A stretch of DNA of 64,000 bases from Candidatus Latescibacterota bacterium (GCA_963791045.1 CAWBQK010000004.1:32001-96000), one strand, 5' to 3'; shown: positions 9,157-20,202, counted from the stretch's first letter. Notes: generated from the sequence alone by a model not told the origin. Made by a program: numbers and translations.

Positions 9157-12100
9157 ATGCGACCCCTTTGTTTAATTTCGCTAATTATTCTCCTCTTTTT
9201 GCCGACGCCTGACGTCGTTGCCACATCAAAAAACGCCCCGGTCCCCGGTGTTGGGCCGGCGCCGTTCGACCTGGTCGACCCGTTTATTGGGACGGGTGGA
9301 TTTGGGCACACGTACCCCGGCGCCACGCTTCCCTTTGGGATGGTCCAGTTGAGCCCCGACACACGGACCTCGGGTTGGGAAAACTGTTCCGGGTATCACG
9401 CGTCAAACCCAACGATCCTCGGTTTCAGCCATACGCACTTGAGCGGCACAGGCGCCACCGACCTCGGAGATATTTTATTTATGCCCACAGTCGGCCCGCT
9501 TCAAACCGATCCCGGAGACGAGTCGGATCCTGGGACGGGTTACAGGTCGTCATTCAGCCATGATAGCGAGCACGCCGAGCCGGGCTACTACAAGGTCGTA
9601 CTCGACGATTACTTGACAGACGTCGAACTCACAACGACCGCACGGGTGGGATTTCACAAGTATACGTTCCCCACATCGGTCGAATCCCATGTCATCGTCG
9701 ATCTCACCCATGGGATCAGCGACCGCGTTATCGACTCCGGTATCGAGATCTTGAACGAGACGGAGATTACGGGATTCCGACGCTCACGCGGTTGGGCCCG
9801 CGATCACACGATCTATTTTGCCGCGGTGTTTTCGAAACCGTTTGCGTCGTGCGGCACCGTCGAAGACACCACTCTCACATTGAGCGGTCTCACGGCGCGG
9901 GGCACACGGGTGAAAGCGTTCTTTGACTTTGTCACTTCGGAGCATGAGCCAATCCTGGTCAAAGTGGGGATTTCACCGGTGAGTATTGACGGGGCGCGCA
10001 ACAATCTCGATACCGAGATTCCGCATTGGGAATTCGACGACGTGAGATCGAACGCCAGGACGGTGTGGAGCAAGGCGCTCTCAACGATCAAGGTCGAAGG
10101 CGGCAGTAAACACGAGAAGATCAATTTCTACACGGCGCTCTATCACACGCTGATCTGTCCGAACCTCTACACCGATGTCGACGGGCGTTACCGCGGTGTC
10201 GACGGGCAGATACACACCGCAAAGAATGGCCCCGTGTATACAGTCTTTTCGCTCTGGGATACATTCCGCGCGACACATCCTCTTTACACAATCATAGCGC
10301 CCGAGATGGACGCCGCGTTTGTTCGCTCGATGCTTCTAAAGTATGACGAGGGCGGACACCTTCCCGTGTGGGAGCTCCACGCAAACGAAACAAACTGCAT
10401 GATTGGATATCACTCGATACCCGTGATCGCCGACGCCTATGCCAAGGGTATCCGCGACTTCGATGCCGGGGGCGCTTTCTTCGCTATGAAGAAGAGCGCC
10501 GACCGCGATCACCGCGGCCTCGAGCCCTATCGCAAGTTCGGATACATTCCGAACAATCTCGAGAACGAGTCGGTGTCGAAAACCCTCGAGTACGCCTACG
10601 ACGATTGGTGTATCGCGGAGATGGCGCGCCTGATGGGCCGGTCGCGCGACCACGAACGCTACCGCCGCCGCGCAAAATACTACGCCAATGTCTTCGACGC
10701 ATCCACCGGGTTCATGCGCGCCAAACAAAACGGGAGCTGGGTCGCCCCCTTCGATCCCAACCAGGTGAGTTACATCTACACCGAGGCCACCGCGTGGCAG
10801 TACCGGTTTTTTGCCCCTCACGACATTGAAGGACTCATCGATCTTATGGGTGGCGACGAAGCGTTTGTTGCCGCGCTCGATAGTCTCTTCACCACCTCCC
10901 CGACGCTCACCGGCAACGATCAACCGGACATCAGCGGCCTCATCGGTCAGTACGCCCACGGGAACGAACCCAGCCATCACGTCGCCTATCTTTACAACTA
11001 CGCGGGTTCGCCGTGGAAGACACAGCGGCGCGTTCGCGAAATCATGGATGAGCTCTATAAGCCAACCACCACAGGGCTGTGCGGGAACGAGGACTGCGGC
11101 CAGATGTCCGCGTGGTACGTCTTCAGCGCGATGGGATTTTATCCGGTCTGTCCGGGGTCGGACCAGTACGCCATCGGAAGCCCTATTTTCGATCGTGTCG
11201 AAATCGATCTCGGCGGCGGACGGACATTCGCCGTCGCCGCTTCAAACGAAATGGACGACGGCGACGCTATAGGTGACGGGACACACCCCTATATTCACCG
11301 GGCTCGACTCAACAACAGACCTTACTCAAAGTCGTTTATCACACACGGCGATATAGTCCGGGGCGGAGTGCTAGAACTCGACATGGGCGCCGAACCCAAC
11401 ACCGAATGGGCTGCCGCCAAAGCCGGCCGGCCAACCTCCTCGGTCGGGCTCGATGTCGTGATGAACCCGTTCTTCACCGCTACCGCGCGGTCTTTCCGTG
11501 ACACGATGACCGTCGCCATCGGGTGTTATACGCCGGACGCGGAGATTTTTTATACAACAGACGGTCGCGACCCGTCGCGCCATTCGAACGCTTACGCGGG
11601 GCCGATCGTTCTCGAACAAACAACAACCCTCAAGGCCATCGCTTTCGGCACGAACATGGAACCGAGCATTATCGAGACGGCCGATTACATCCGCATACCC
11701 CACACCTACACCATTGAATACGATTCCCCCTACCACCGCGTGTACAACGCGGGCGGCGACAACGGGCTCCTGGACGGAATACGCGCGGAGGAGAGTTCTT
11801 TCGCCGACTGGCAGGGTTTTCTTGGTGTCGACCTGAGCGCGACAATCGACCTCGGAGAGGTTCGTTCGCTGCGCCGGATATCCGCGGGCTTTCTCCAGAA
11901 GTACTGGTCGTGGATTTTCCTGCCCTCCTCGGTCGAGTTTTCGATATCCGCCGACGGGAAAACATTCAAATCGCTGGGTGTGATTTCAAACGATGTACCG
12001 GTGGACTACACCGACACAATCGTCAAAGAGTTCACAAAAAAGGTTCGCCGCAAGCGCGCCCGTTATGTCAGAATCACGGCAACGAATATCGGCGTCAACC

Positions 12101-12165
12101 CGCCCCAGCACCCCGGCGCAGGACATGACGCGTTTATTTTCGCGGACGAAATCACCATCGAGTGA
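9157..12165 (+). CDS. GH92 alpha-mannosidase with C-terminal Fn3/CHB_HEX_C-like and F5/8-type domains
   Basis: VDPFIGTGG, PGATLPFGMVQLSPDT, FSHTHLSGTG, SLWDTFR, GNEPSHH, GNEDCGQMSAW; signal peptide. Confidence 0.93.
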   Translation: MRPLCLISLIILLFLPTPDVVATSKNAPVPGVGPAPFDLVDPFIGTGGFGHTYPGATLPFGMVQLSPDTRTSGWENCSGYHASNPTILGFSHTHLSGTGATDLGDILFMPTVGPLQTDPGDESDPGTGYRSSFSHDSEHAEPGYYKVVLDDYLTDVELTTTARVGFHKYTFPTSVESHVIVDLTHGISDRVIDSGIEILNETEITGFRRSRGWARDHTIYFAAVFSKPFASCGTVEDTTLTLSGLTARGTRVKAFFDFVTSEHEPILVKVGISPVSIDGARNNLDTEIPHWEFDDVRSNARTVWSKALSTIKVEGGSKHEKINFYTALYHTLICPNLYTDVDGRYRGVDGQIHTAKNGPVYTVFSLWDTFRATHPLYTIIAPEMDAAFVRSMLLKYDEGGHLPVWELHANETNCMIGYHSIPVIADAYAKGIRDFDAGGAFFAMKKSADRDHRGLEPYRKFGYIPNNLENESVSKTLEYAYDDWCIAEMARLMGRSRDHERYRRRAKYYANVFDASTGFMRAKQNGSWVAPFDPNQVSYIYTEATAWQYRFFAPHDIEGLIDLMGGDEAFVAALDSLFTTSPTLTGNDQPDISGLIGQYAHGNEPSHHVAYLYNYAGSPWKTQRRVREIMDELYKPTTTGLCGNEDCGQMSAWYVFSAMGFYPVCPGSDQYAIGSPIFDRVEIDLGGGRTFAVAASNEMDDGDAIGDGTHPYIHRARLNNRPYSKSFITHGDIVRGGVLELDMGAEPNTEWAAAKAGRPTSSVGLDVVMNPFFTATARSFRDTMTVAIGCYTPDAEIFYTTDGRDPSRHSNAYAGPIVLEQTTTLKAIAFGTNMEPSIIETADYIRIPHTYTIEYDSPYHRVYNAGGDNGLLDGIRAEESSFADWQGFLGVDLSATIDLGEVRSLRRISAGFLQKYWSWIFLPSSVEFSISADGKTFKSLGVISNDVPVDYTDTIVKEFTKKVRRKRARYVRITATNIGVNPPQHPGAGHDAFIFADEITIE

Positions 12166-12174
12166 GAGGCCACG

Positions 12175-14055
12175 ATGATCGAATTCACAATCCTCGACTG
12201 GGTGTGGATGATCCTGTACCTGCTGCTTATGATCGGGTGCGGGGCGCTGTTTTATCGCCTCGGTAAACGCTCCGAGGCCGATTTCTTTCTTGCCGGACGC
12301 GGTCTCCCCTGGTGGCTCCCGGCCACGTCGGTCTATGCGACGCACACCGCCACGGACACACCGATGTGGATTACCGGCGTTATCTACCAACATGGGATGC
12401 GCGGCCTCTGGTACACGTTCTTTTCGGCGTGGTGCGCGATCAGTGCGTTCGTCAGTTCGCGTATTTTCCGACGATCGCTCGCGTACAGCCAGGCCGAGTG
12501 GCAGAGCCTCAGGTTCGGCGGACTCGGCAGCGAGCTACTCCGCGGGTGGATGGCCGGGTGGATGGTCTTTTTGAACATGTTTATTCTGGGCTGGGTGGGG
12601 ATGGCAATGGGCAAGGTTTGTCACTTCGCCTTCGGGTGGCCCGAGTGGATCGGGCTTATCGTCTTCTCGAGCGTCTGTGCCATTTATGTCCTTGCCGCGG
12701 GTTACTGGGGCGTGGTGATGGCCGATTTCCAGCAAGGGATCATCGCCTTTGTCGCGATCCTCATTGTGAGCCTTTGGAGTATCCACGCGGCCGGCGGACC
12801 CGACACCATTGTCACCAAGCTTCATGAAATGGGTGAATCGTGGCGCCTAAACCCCTTTGGCTTCACAGGTTTCTTCTCTGGAGACTTTCCAGCCGCCTGG
12901 TTCCTCACTATGCTGGTCATTGCCGTGATTGGCGGGTTTGGTATGGGTACGGCGATCGACTGGTACTCGGAAGCCCAGCGCATCCAGTCGGCCAGGACGG
13001 TCCGTGACGCATCCTACTCGATCTGGGTGGGGACGGCGGTCGTGCTCAGCAGAAATGCTTTTTGGGCGGCGGCGATTCTCGCTTTTTATGTCATCTCGCC
13101 GGGACTCACCGATCGCTCCGAATACGAGCTGGGATGGTTCAAGATGGGTTTCGACTACCTCCCCGCCGGGATGCTCGGGCTATTCCTCGCGTCGATTGTG
13201 GCGATCCATCTGTCGACCATATCGACGCACCTGAACCTCGGCGCGGTATACGCGACGCGCGACCTCTACCACCACTATGCAAAACCAAAGGCAAGCGAAC
13301 GCGAACTCGTCTGGGTCGGCCGTATTTCGACCGTCGTCTTGCTCGTCGGTTCTTTTTTCTACGGCCTTATGATGGAAGAAATCACGAAGTGGCTTATCTT
13401 CGCGCTTTGGATCATGGCGGCGGGGGTGTGGCTCCCCAACATACTCCAGGTTGTGTGGTGGCGATTCAACTCGTGGGGTTATCTCGTCGCGTGGATGGCA
13501 AACCTGGGGCTCAGCTGGCTCGTCGTCTGGGTGCTTCCCGCTTTTGGAATCCTCCCCGGGCTCCCGGATTATCTGCAGTTCTGGATTCTGATGGGACTCG
13601 GCGCGCTTATTTACATCCCGGTGACGTACCTCACACCCAAAGAAAACATGGACCATCTGGTGAAGTACTACGTGATGTCGCGCCCGATCGGCTGGTGGGG
13701 GCCTGTGCGAAAAGAAGCGGAAGCCCGCGGCCTCGTCGCTGAGTCGAAGGTCGATCGATCGACGCCGATCAAACGCACGTGGAACGCCGCGGAAGCGGAT
13801 GAATGGACACGCGAGGATTGGCTCGCCATCATTCTATCCCCGCTTTCCTACATGGCGATTATGGTAGGGCTGGCGCTGGCGCTGCTAAAGATATGGATCG
13901 GTGTCCTCGCGCTTGTCTTCGGGCTTGCGTGCGCGGCGGCGATGTACTGGATCATCGATCCGAAATTGAAAGCGATATCCGCGGAGTACGAAACGAAACA
14001 GAAACATTATCTGGAAGAACTCGACAAGATCATGAAATGGGAGACGACGGAATGA
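12175..14055 (+). CDS. Sodium:solute symporter (SSS family), probable sugar importer
   Basis: DFFLAGRGLPWW motif, many TM segments, directly downstream of GH92. Confidence 0.9.
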   Translation: MIEFTILDWVWMILYLLLMIGCGALFYRLGKRSEADFFLAGRGLPWWLPATSVYATHTATDTPMWITGVIYQHGMRGLWYTFFSAWCAISAFVSSRIFRRSLAYSQAEWQSLRFGGLGSELLRGWMAGWMVFLNMFILGWVGMAMGKVCHFAFGWPEWIGLIVFSSVCAIYVLAAGYWGVVMADFQQGIIAFVAILIVSLWSIHAAGGPDTIVTKLHEMGESWRLNPFGFTGFFSGDFPAAWFLTMLVIAVIGGFGMGTAIDWYSEAQRIQSARTVRDASYSIWVGTAVVLSRNAFWAAAILAFYVISPGLTDRSEYELGWFKMGFDYLPAGMLGLFLASIVAIHLSTISTHLNLGAVYATRDLYHHYAKPKASERELVWVGRISTVVLLVGSFFYGLMMEEITKWLIFALWIMAAGVWLPNILQVVWWRFNSWGYLVAWMANLGLSWLVVWVLPAFGILPGLPDYLQFWILMGLGALIYIPVTYLTPKENMDHLVKYYVMSRPIGWWGPVRKEAEARGLVAESKVDRSTPIKRTWNAAEADEWTREDWLAIILSPLSYMAIMVGLALALLKIWIGVLALVFGLACAAAMYWIIDPKLKAISAEYETKQKHYLEELDKIMKWETTE

Positions 14056-14192
14056 ACGAAGGGTTGTCGGTACTTATAGGGATGTCGATCGCCTACGTGG
14101 CGTCTTTTCTGGGGATGGTGCTCGCTTACGTCTCTTATAAACGTCGCCAGAAGGAACGCGCATCAACGACGAAGCGAGATACCGATGTATAA
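14052..14192 (+). CDS. Small single-TM protein (46 aa)
   Basis: MNEGLSVLIGMSIAYVASFLGMVLAYVSYKRRQK..; ATGA overlap with the SSS stop codon. Confidence 0.7.
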   Translation: MNEGLSVLIGMSIAYVASFLGMVLAYVSYKRRQKERASTTKRDTDV

Positions 14193-14334
14193 ACTTTTTC
14201 TCATGGCCACGATCTTCGCCTCAAACCGCCCGGTGACACTCCTCTGGGGCATCATCGTTCCCGGCGTCCTCTTCGCGTTCGCCTTCTTCGTCACATGGGC
14301 CCTCTACCGCCGTTTCGCCCGCAAACCTGACTGA
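14185..14334 (+). CDS. Small membrane protein (49 aa)
   Basis: My translation MYKLFLMATIFASNRPVTLLWGIIVPGVLFAFAFFVTWALYRRFARKPD*; overlaps the previous ORF; below the ORF-track length cutoff. Confidence 0.65.
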   Translation: MYKLFLMATIFASNRPVTLLWGIIVPGVLFAFAFFVTWALYRRFARKPD

Positions 14335-14501
14335 ACACAGGCTCCTCCGAATGAATCTTTCGCCGATTGGCCCGCGCTTGCTCGCTTTTGCGAGCGTGGA
14401 TTCACGGGGAATGGCGACCTCTGCTTGCGCTCGCGAACGCTCGACGTGCGCGGGGGCCCCATCGGCGCCACCCGCGCCAACTTCTGTAGTCCCAATTGAG
14501 G

Positions 14502-14613
14502 CGGGGCGGTCTTTCCACTCGGCCCTTTCGCGGGAGCGAGCGAGGATCCACAGTCGGCGTAGCCGGCGGTTAGCCGAGCGAAGCGGAGCGAGGGCCGTAG
14601 AAAGACCGCCCCG
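14502..14613. repeat. Long inverted repeat / REP- or MITE-like element
   Basis: Perfect 14-bp arms CGGGGCGGTCTTTC / GAAAGACCGCCCCG, extended by CGGCCCT / AGGGCCG. Confidence 0.55.
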
Positions 14614-14616
14614 AAG

Positions 14617-14651
14617 AAAAAAACCGCCCGTCGGATTGACGAGCGGCTTTT
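14617..14651. terminator. Bidirectional intrinsic terminator between convergent operons
   Basis: A-run + CCGCCCGTC-loop-GACGAGCGG + T-run. Confidence 0.7.
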
Positions 14652-14677
14652 GTTAAACATAGTGGCTACGAACGATG

Positions 14678-15817
14678 CTACGACAGAATGTCGTGCGAAA
14701 TGACCAATCTTTGGATTTCGTTCGTACCTTCGTAGATCTGGAGAAGCTTCGCGTCGCGCATCAGCTTCTCAACCGGATAATCGCGCATATAACCGTAACC
14801 GCCGAGGATCTGAACGGCCTCGACTGTCGTTTTCATCGCGACATCGGACGAATAACATTTCGCCATCGCGGACTCGCGGCTTGCTTTCCTATCATTGTCA
14901 AGAAGCCAGGCCGAGTGCCGCACAAGGTGACGGGCGGCATCGATTTCCATGATCATATCGGCCATTTTGAAGCCAATATTCTGGAACGAACTGATCGGTT
15001 TACCGAACTGCCTACGCGACTTCGTGTACTCGATGCAGTACTCGTACGCTGCGCGTGCCACGCCGACACCGGCGGCGCCCACACTCGCGCGGGCCTTGTC
15101 GAGCGTCTTCATCGCGACGACAAATCCGAGACCCTCTTTTGCCAGGAGGTTCGACTGCGGGATTCGGACATCATCGAAAAACACTTCCGCCGTGTTCGAT
15201 GCGCGCTGACCCATCTTGTCCTCGATCTTGCCGATCTGGATGCCCGGCGTGTCGTTCGGAACAATAAACGCACTCATTCCACGGGTTCCCTTGCCCTTAT
15301 CCGTACTGGCGAACAGAACGTGAAGATCCGCGACACCACCGTTGGTGATAAAACATTTCGATCCGTTAATGATGTAGTCAGAACCGTCCTTGACGGCGGT
15401 CGTTTGGACTCCACCGGCGTCGGATCCCGCTTCCCTCTCAGTGAGACCGAAAGCGGCAAGCATCCGTTTCTGCGAGAACGGTGTCAAAAATTCTTTCTTC
15501 TGATCGTCGGTGCCAAAAAGAAGAATCGGAGTAAGGGCCAGTGAATTGGCCATAATACTTGTAAAGAGCCCCGCGCAGCCCGCAGCGAGTTCCTCGCTGA
15601 TGATCGAAGTATCCACCGCCCCAAGTCCTCCTCCGCCATACTCCGTGGGGATACTGCTGCCAAGGAATCCCGCCTGAAACGCCTTGTCCATCACGTCCCA
15701 TGCAAAATCTTTTGACTGATCGTACTTCGCCGCGACGGGCTTCATTTCGTTGTCAGCAAATTTCCTCGCCATGTCCTGAAGAGCTATCTGTTCTTCAGTG
15801 AGCTCAAAACCTATCAC
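14678..15817 (-). CDS. Acyl-CoA dehydrogenase (short/medium chain)
   Basis: FGLTEREAGSD, INGSKCFITNG, KMGQRAS, QILGGYGY, IYEGTNEIQR; AGGAGG RBS. Confidence 0.95.
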   Translation of the reverse strand: MIGFELTEEQIALQDMARKFADNEMKPVAAKYDQSKDFAWDVMDKAFQAGFLGSSIPTEYGGGGLGAVDTSIISEELAAGCAGLFTSIMANSLALTPILLFGTDDQKKEFLTPFSQKRMLAAFGLTEREAGSDAGGVQTTAVKDGSDYIINGSKCFITNGGVADLHVLFASTDKGKGTRGMSAFIVPNDTPGIQIGKIEDKMGQRASNTAEVFFDDVRIPQSNLLAKEGLGFVVAMKTLDKARASVGAAGVGVARAAYEYCIEYTKSRRQFGKPISSFQNIGFKMADMIMEIDAARHLVRHSAWLLDNDRKASRESAMAKCYSSDVAMKTTVEAVQILGGYGYMRDYPVEKLMRDAKLLQIYEGTNEIQRLVISHDILS

Positions 15818-15852
15818 ATCGAACCTCCTTTTTGCCGTTTAGCCGAAATCCA

Positions 15853-15881
15853 CTTATACAGGGCCGCGCCATATTTGTCAA
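15853..15881 (-). promoter_or_regulatory. Sigma70 promoter TTGACA-17-TATAAG
   Basis: Perfect -35 hexamer and 17-bp spacer just upstream of the acyl-CoA dehydrogenase. Confidence 0.65.
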
Positions 15882-15998
15882 TTGAAGAGCCCCCTGCGGC
15901 GAGGAGGCTCCCGAGATTCTCAAATTTGCCCGAGAAATCGACCAATCAGGGCCGGCAGGGCGATAAGGCTCGCCTAACATTATCGCGGCATCGCCCGC

Positions 15999-16943
15999 TT
16001 AATCGTCCAGAGTGCTCGAGTCGAAGAGATCGATCATGACGTCCGTAAGGCCCCGTGAACCCCGCACACCCGGTTGGACCAAATGGCGCTCGTAACAGAA
16101 CACGGGACCCACTGTCGGCGCGTAGATCACGCGTCCCGCGTCTATATTTCTGAAATAACCCTGTACGGTTCCAATTGGACCCGAAAGCGCCGTCACGCCA
16201 AAATCGATAATATAAAGACAGTCGATCGCCTTCTTGAATGTCCCAGCCTCTGTCTCCGCGGTCACGACCTTGTCCACCCGACAATAGAGGTAAACACCTT
16301 CAATGAAGCCCACACCCAATTGGAATTTGAACTCGTCGCCCGGGGACAAATCATCCGTAAGAAACTGCCATGCCGGGGACTGATTCAGATCACCGTATGT
16401 GACAATCTGGTTTTTAGTTTTCTGCCACTTGCCGCCGTGGACGAGAACTGGATAACTTATAAACGTTTCGGCAATCGGCGCATGAATCCTTTTCGAAATA
16501 TCCAGGCGTCCCGGACCGATTCCGTCCGGGGTTGCGATCCCACCCTCGATAACGTGCCGCTTAACCAGATTCTGTGTGATGATATCGCCAAACTTAGTCT
16601 CCCCATCGAACGCGAGGTGATAAGACCCGTCAATCGTCTTCACGGTATCTCCCGCACCGACCGGATCGCCGGCGAGAAGCGCTTTGATTTCCGCCCAGCT
16701 CGGCGTCGGCGTCGGAGGGACGTCCTCCCTGTTTTCGTACATGACCAGTTTGTCCCAATCCCCCCACTGCCTCATTTCGAAATTGTAATCCCATGATGTC
16801 GAATCGGCATTTGGCCATATATTATCGAGCGTCGCCCTGGGTGAAATTCCAATGACGGGACACGTGACACAAGTCGAATCATCGTCGCCGCAGCCTGCCA
16901 TCAACAACAGTCCGATCAGAAGGATGCAAAGAGCTGCTTTCAC
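15999..16943 (-). CDS. Hypothetical lipoprotein
   Basis: Lipobox-like LLLMAGC; GGAGG RBS; starts 12 bp after the CHAT gene stop. Confidence 0.8.
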   Translation of the reverse strand: MKAALCILLIGLLLMAGCGDDDSTCVTCPVIGISPRATLDNIWPNADSTSWDYNFEMRQWGDWDKLVMYENREDVPPTPTPSWAEIKALLAGDPVGAGDTVKTIDGSYHLAFDGETKFGDIITQNLVKRHVIEGGIATPDGIGPGRLDISKRIHAPIAETFISYPVLVHGGKWQKTKNQIVTYGDLNQSPAWQFLTDDLSPGDEFKFQLGVGFIEGVYLYCRVDKVVTAETEAGTFKKAIDCLYIIDFGVTALSGPIGTVQGYFRNIDAGRVIYAPTVGPVFCYERHLVQPGVRGSRGLTDVMIDLFDSSTLDD

Positions 16944-16955
16944 TTTCGACCTCCG

Positions 16956-19900
16956 TTACCAGGGGATCTTGGGTGTACCGATGACAACAAACGGCGACCA
17001 GTAAAACGGGTGTGCGAACGTCTCGCTCTGAATCAACTCGATTCGGGCGGCCCGGAGCGCCTCGCCGGCCGGCTTTTTGGACCCGGCCATTGTATCATAA
17101 AAGATGCTCATCAGTTCGGCCGTCGATTCGTCCGACACCGACCAGAGGCTCGCGACTACCCCGCGGGCCCCGGACCCTATAAATGCCCGGCTCAACCCCA
17201 CAACCCCTTCGCCGCGCCCCAGACGTCCCCTGCCCGACTCACACGCCGACAGCACCACAACACCACTCTCCACCGGCAGAGACAGGATTTCGAGCGTGTA
17301 GAGATAGCCATCCTCACCATTGGCCGCATCGGGTGCGAGAACCACGTTGGAAGACACAGGTTCAACCGGATCCACCAGGCCGTGGGTCGCCAGGTGCGTT
17401 ATTCGCGCGGCGCCCTCCCGGATCGACTCTTTGAATTGAGTCTCACTGGCGTCCGCTCCAAGAAATACACGCTTCTTTTTGGCATCGATGGGCGCCGAGA
17501 TTCTTTCAACTTCGTCTCGCGAACTGGGCAGCGGGTCGAGTGACGCGCCCGGTTCATCATCAAAAAGCGAATAGTCAGGAGCACCAAAAGCAAGAAGCTC
17601 GATGTCGTACTTCCTGCGCTTCTTCGCATCATCGAGTTTGACAAAAATAGAAGCCGAAGGGGCGTACACCGTTTCGAATGACCTGGTTATATACGGCAGG
17701 TCCCTCCAGTCGGTGCCGGGATCCGCGTCGGCTGTAAGAAGAGTTTCGAAGGGGATTTCAAAAAGAAAGCCATCCGGGACAATAAGGAGCCTGTCGGCTT
17801 TGCCGATGTGGAGCTCAGCGGGAAGGACCAGGGCCTGGTAAAGACCGCGCGCCGTTTCTCTCAGCACGGCGTCCCCGGCGCCGGGTCGGCGGATTGCATC
17901 CCTGAATCGTTCCACATCGGTTTCGAGCGCGGCGCGGTTGGGAATCTCAAAAACACGGGCATTCTTTTTGTCGATCACCCAGAGAAGCGAGGCTGTATCG
18001 CCGAGCGCGTACTCGAGCATCACCGTATTCTTTGGCAGCCGTTTTTGCACATCAACGAGAGTGGTCACCGACCCGTGCGGATCGATTGCCCCCATCGATC
18101 CGCGCACACGGGCGTCGCGGAGCTCTGAGTAACGCGACTCAAGACGCCGGGACCGCTCTTCCGCCTCAGGCGTATCGTCCGTGATCGCGTAGAGCGAGTC
18201 CAGGACCGCTTCTTCCGCGGGGCTAGACCGCGCCAGAATGTTGCCGCTCCATTAAGTCAAGAAGTCCTCGGGATTTTGCCCGCTCTATTGTATGGAATGA
18301 GCGTGACACCCATGGATCGCCCTTTTCCCCGGACGACAACGACGCATAGAACCTGGCGACCTCTTCGTAAAACAAGCGTCGTTCACCGGAAAGAAAACCG
18401 GTTCTTGTTTCAGCTCCGCCGATGCGCGCGCGTGACTCTTCAATCTTCGACAGTGCTTTCTCATAGTGGTAGGACGCGCTATCCGTATTCGATCTCTCGA
18501 ATGTGTGGGCTATTCCGAAATGAGCCGCAATTCGCAGATCATCGCGCTCGGCGGCCACCACCAGCGGCAGGAGCTCATAAAAACTCTCACGTGCTTCTTC
18601 GGTTTGCCCCAGGGCCGCACGATAGGACGCGATTCCCACTCTATCCTCGAGAATATTTCCCGTCGCGCCATCAGCAGTATTTTGTTCCAGCGCGAGCCGT
18701 CGAAAAGATATTGCCGCCACATAGTTTCTCCGCCACATTTCCGCATCAGCCGCCACCACACAAGCCGTCATGTATTCCCTCGGGTATCCGGCCTCTTCGG
18801 CCATCGCCTGGGACTCGCGCGCCATTTCAAGGGCCCGGTCATAAGCGCCGAACTCGATATAGAGCCATCCCAGTACATTCCGAGTTTCGATTTGATAATA
18901 TGGATCCTCGAGCTCACGTGATTTTTCCAACGCGGCGAGAAGGTCATCTCGCGCACTGTCGAGTTCGCCCGTCTGACGGAAAGTCTCGGCCCGTGTGGTG
19001 TGATAAAGAACGGTCTTCTCGGGTTCGGGTTGTCTGCGAAGTAACGCGGGGACTTCATCCAGAAAAGTCATGGCCTCATTGCAGCGACCTTGTTCGTTGA
19101 GGTTGCCTGCCAGATTGATGCGACACGACGCTTCATCCTGGGGACTGTCCACCGTCGAAGCAATTTCGATCGCCCTGAGATAGGTCTCATTCGCGCGGTC
19201 CATCTGACCCATCTCCGAATCGATACTCGCCATACTGTTGAGAACCTCGATCATTTGTCCCGGGCTCCCGTGTTTCTCGAGAACCTCAAACGCTTCGTTG
19301 AGGTTCACTCGCGCGTCGTAGAACCGACTCTGTTGATAGAAAACATTCGCCCGGTACGTGAGGGAGATTCCAAGTCCTCCGAAGTCTCCGGTTTCGCGCC
19401 GCAGCGCGGCCGCTTCGCCGAAGTAGTGAGCGGCTTGTTCGTAATCCCCCTTTCTGAAGTTTATCGAACCCAGGCCGTTAAGGGTCTTCCCCTCGAGTAT
19501 CCTGTCCTCTATCGCGCGTCTCTCGGCGAGCGCTTTCGTGTAATTCTCAACCACAGCGTCATTGTCGCCCCGGTACCAGTCAACGACCCCCAGACTCCCC
19601 CATGTCACCGCAATGGTTCGCCGGTCCCCGATAGACTCGGCGAGTTCGATAACGTTTGAAACATTTCGGCGGCTTTGTCGTAGTCACGGGCATTGCGAAC
19701 GTCGAATGCTTCCGCTTCGACCGTCTTCGCCTGCGCCCTCACCCCACGTTCCTCATCCGTCCATCCCTTGTAGATGCGTACCTGTTCCAGCGGTGTTCCC
19801 GTCCCGCCGTTTTGCGCGTACAGGGCCGCCACACGTTCGGCGAACTCCACATTCTCGGCCTCGGCGCTTCTGTCGCCACCCTGCCCCGTCTCGAACGCCA

Positions 19901-20123
19901 CGTCGAGAAGTTGCCCCACAACGGCGCCGACAATAATTCCGCGCTCAATCACATACGGGGTGAGAGCCGCGTCACCAGCCGCCCGGGCGAGCGAGTCCGC
20001 TTTGACAATAAAATCTGTAACGGGATCGGCGGCGGCGAAGCCGTCCGCGACAAAAACGAAAGAGAAACAAAACAGGATAGCGAGAGGAATAAAAAAGAGA
20101 CGGAGCTTCTCACACCGAGCCAT
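16956..20123 (-). CDS. Signal-peptide TPR-CHAT (caspase-like) protease, ~1055 aa, split into three ORFs by two indels
   Basis: Track ORFs 19605-20129, 18223-19608 and 16956-18107 join at ~19656 (missing A: FQNVIELAESIGDRR) and ~18246. TPRs, then ERAKSRGLLD, LIVPDG, HLATHG (His), VLSACESG (Cys), SLWSV, HPFYWSPF. Confidence 0.85.
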
Positions 20124-20202
20124 GGGCACACTCCCCCGGGACGAGTTGACGGACGATCGAGGTGTCCGGGAGCCGTCCGGAGACGGCCCCCGCCCGAATC
20201 GT

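Noticed and set aside
16956-20123. TPR-CHAT as part of a type III-E CRISPR (Craspase) or gasdermin defence system
   Set aside because: No cas genes, repeat array or gasdermin-like neighbour in the window, and the protein has a signal peptide
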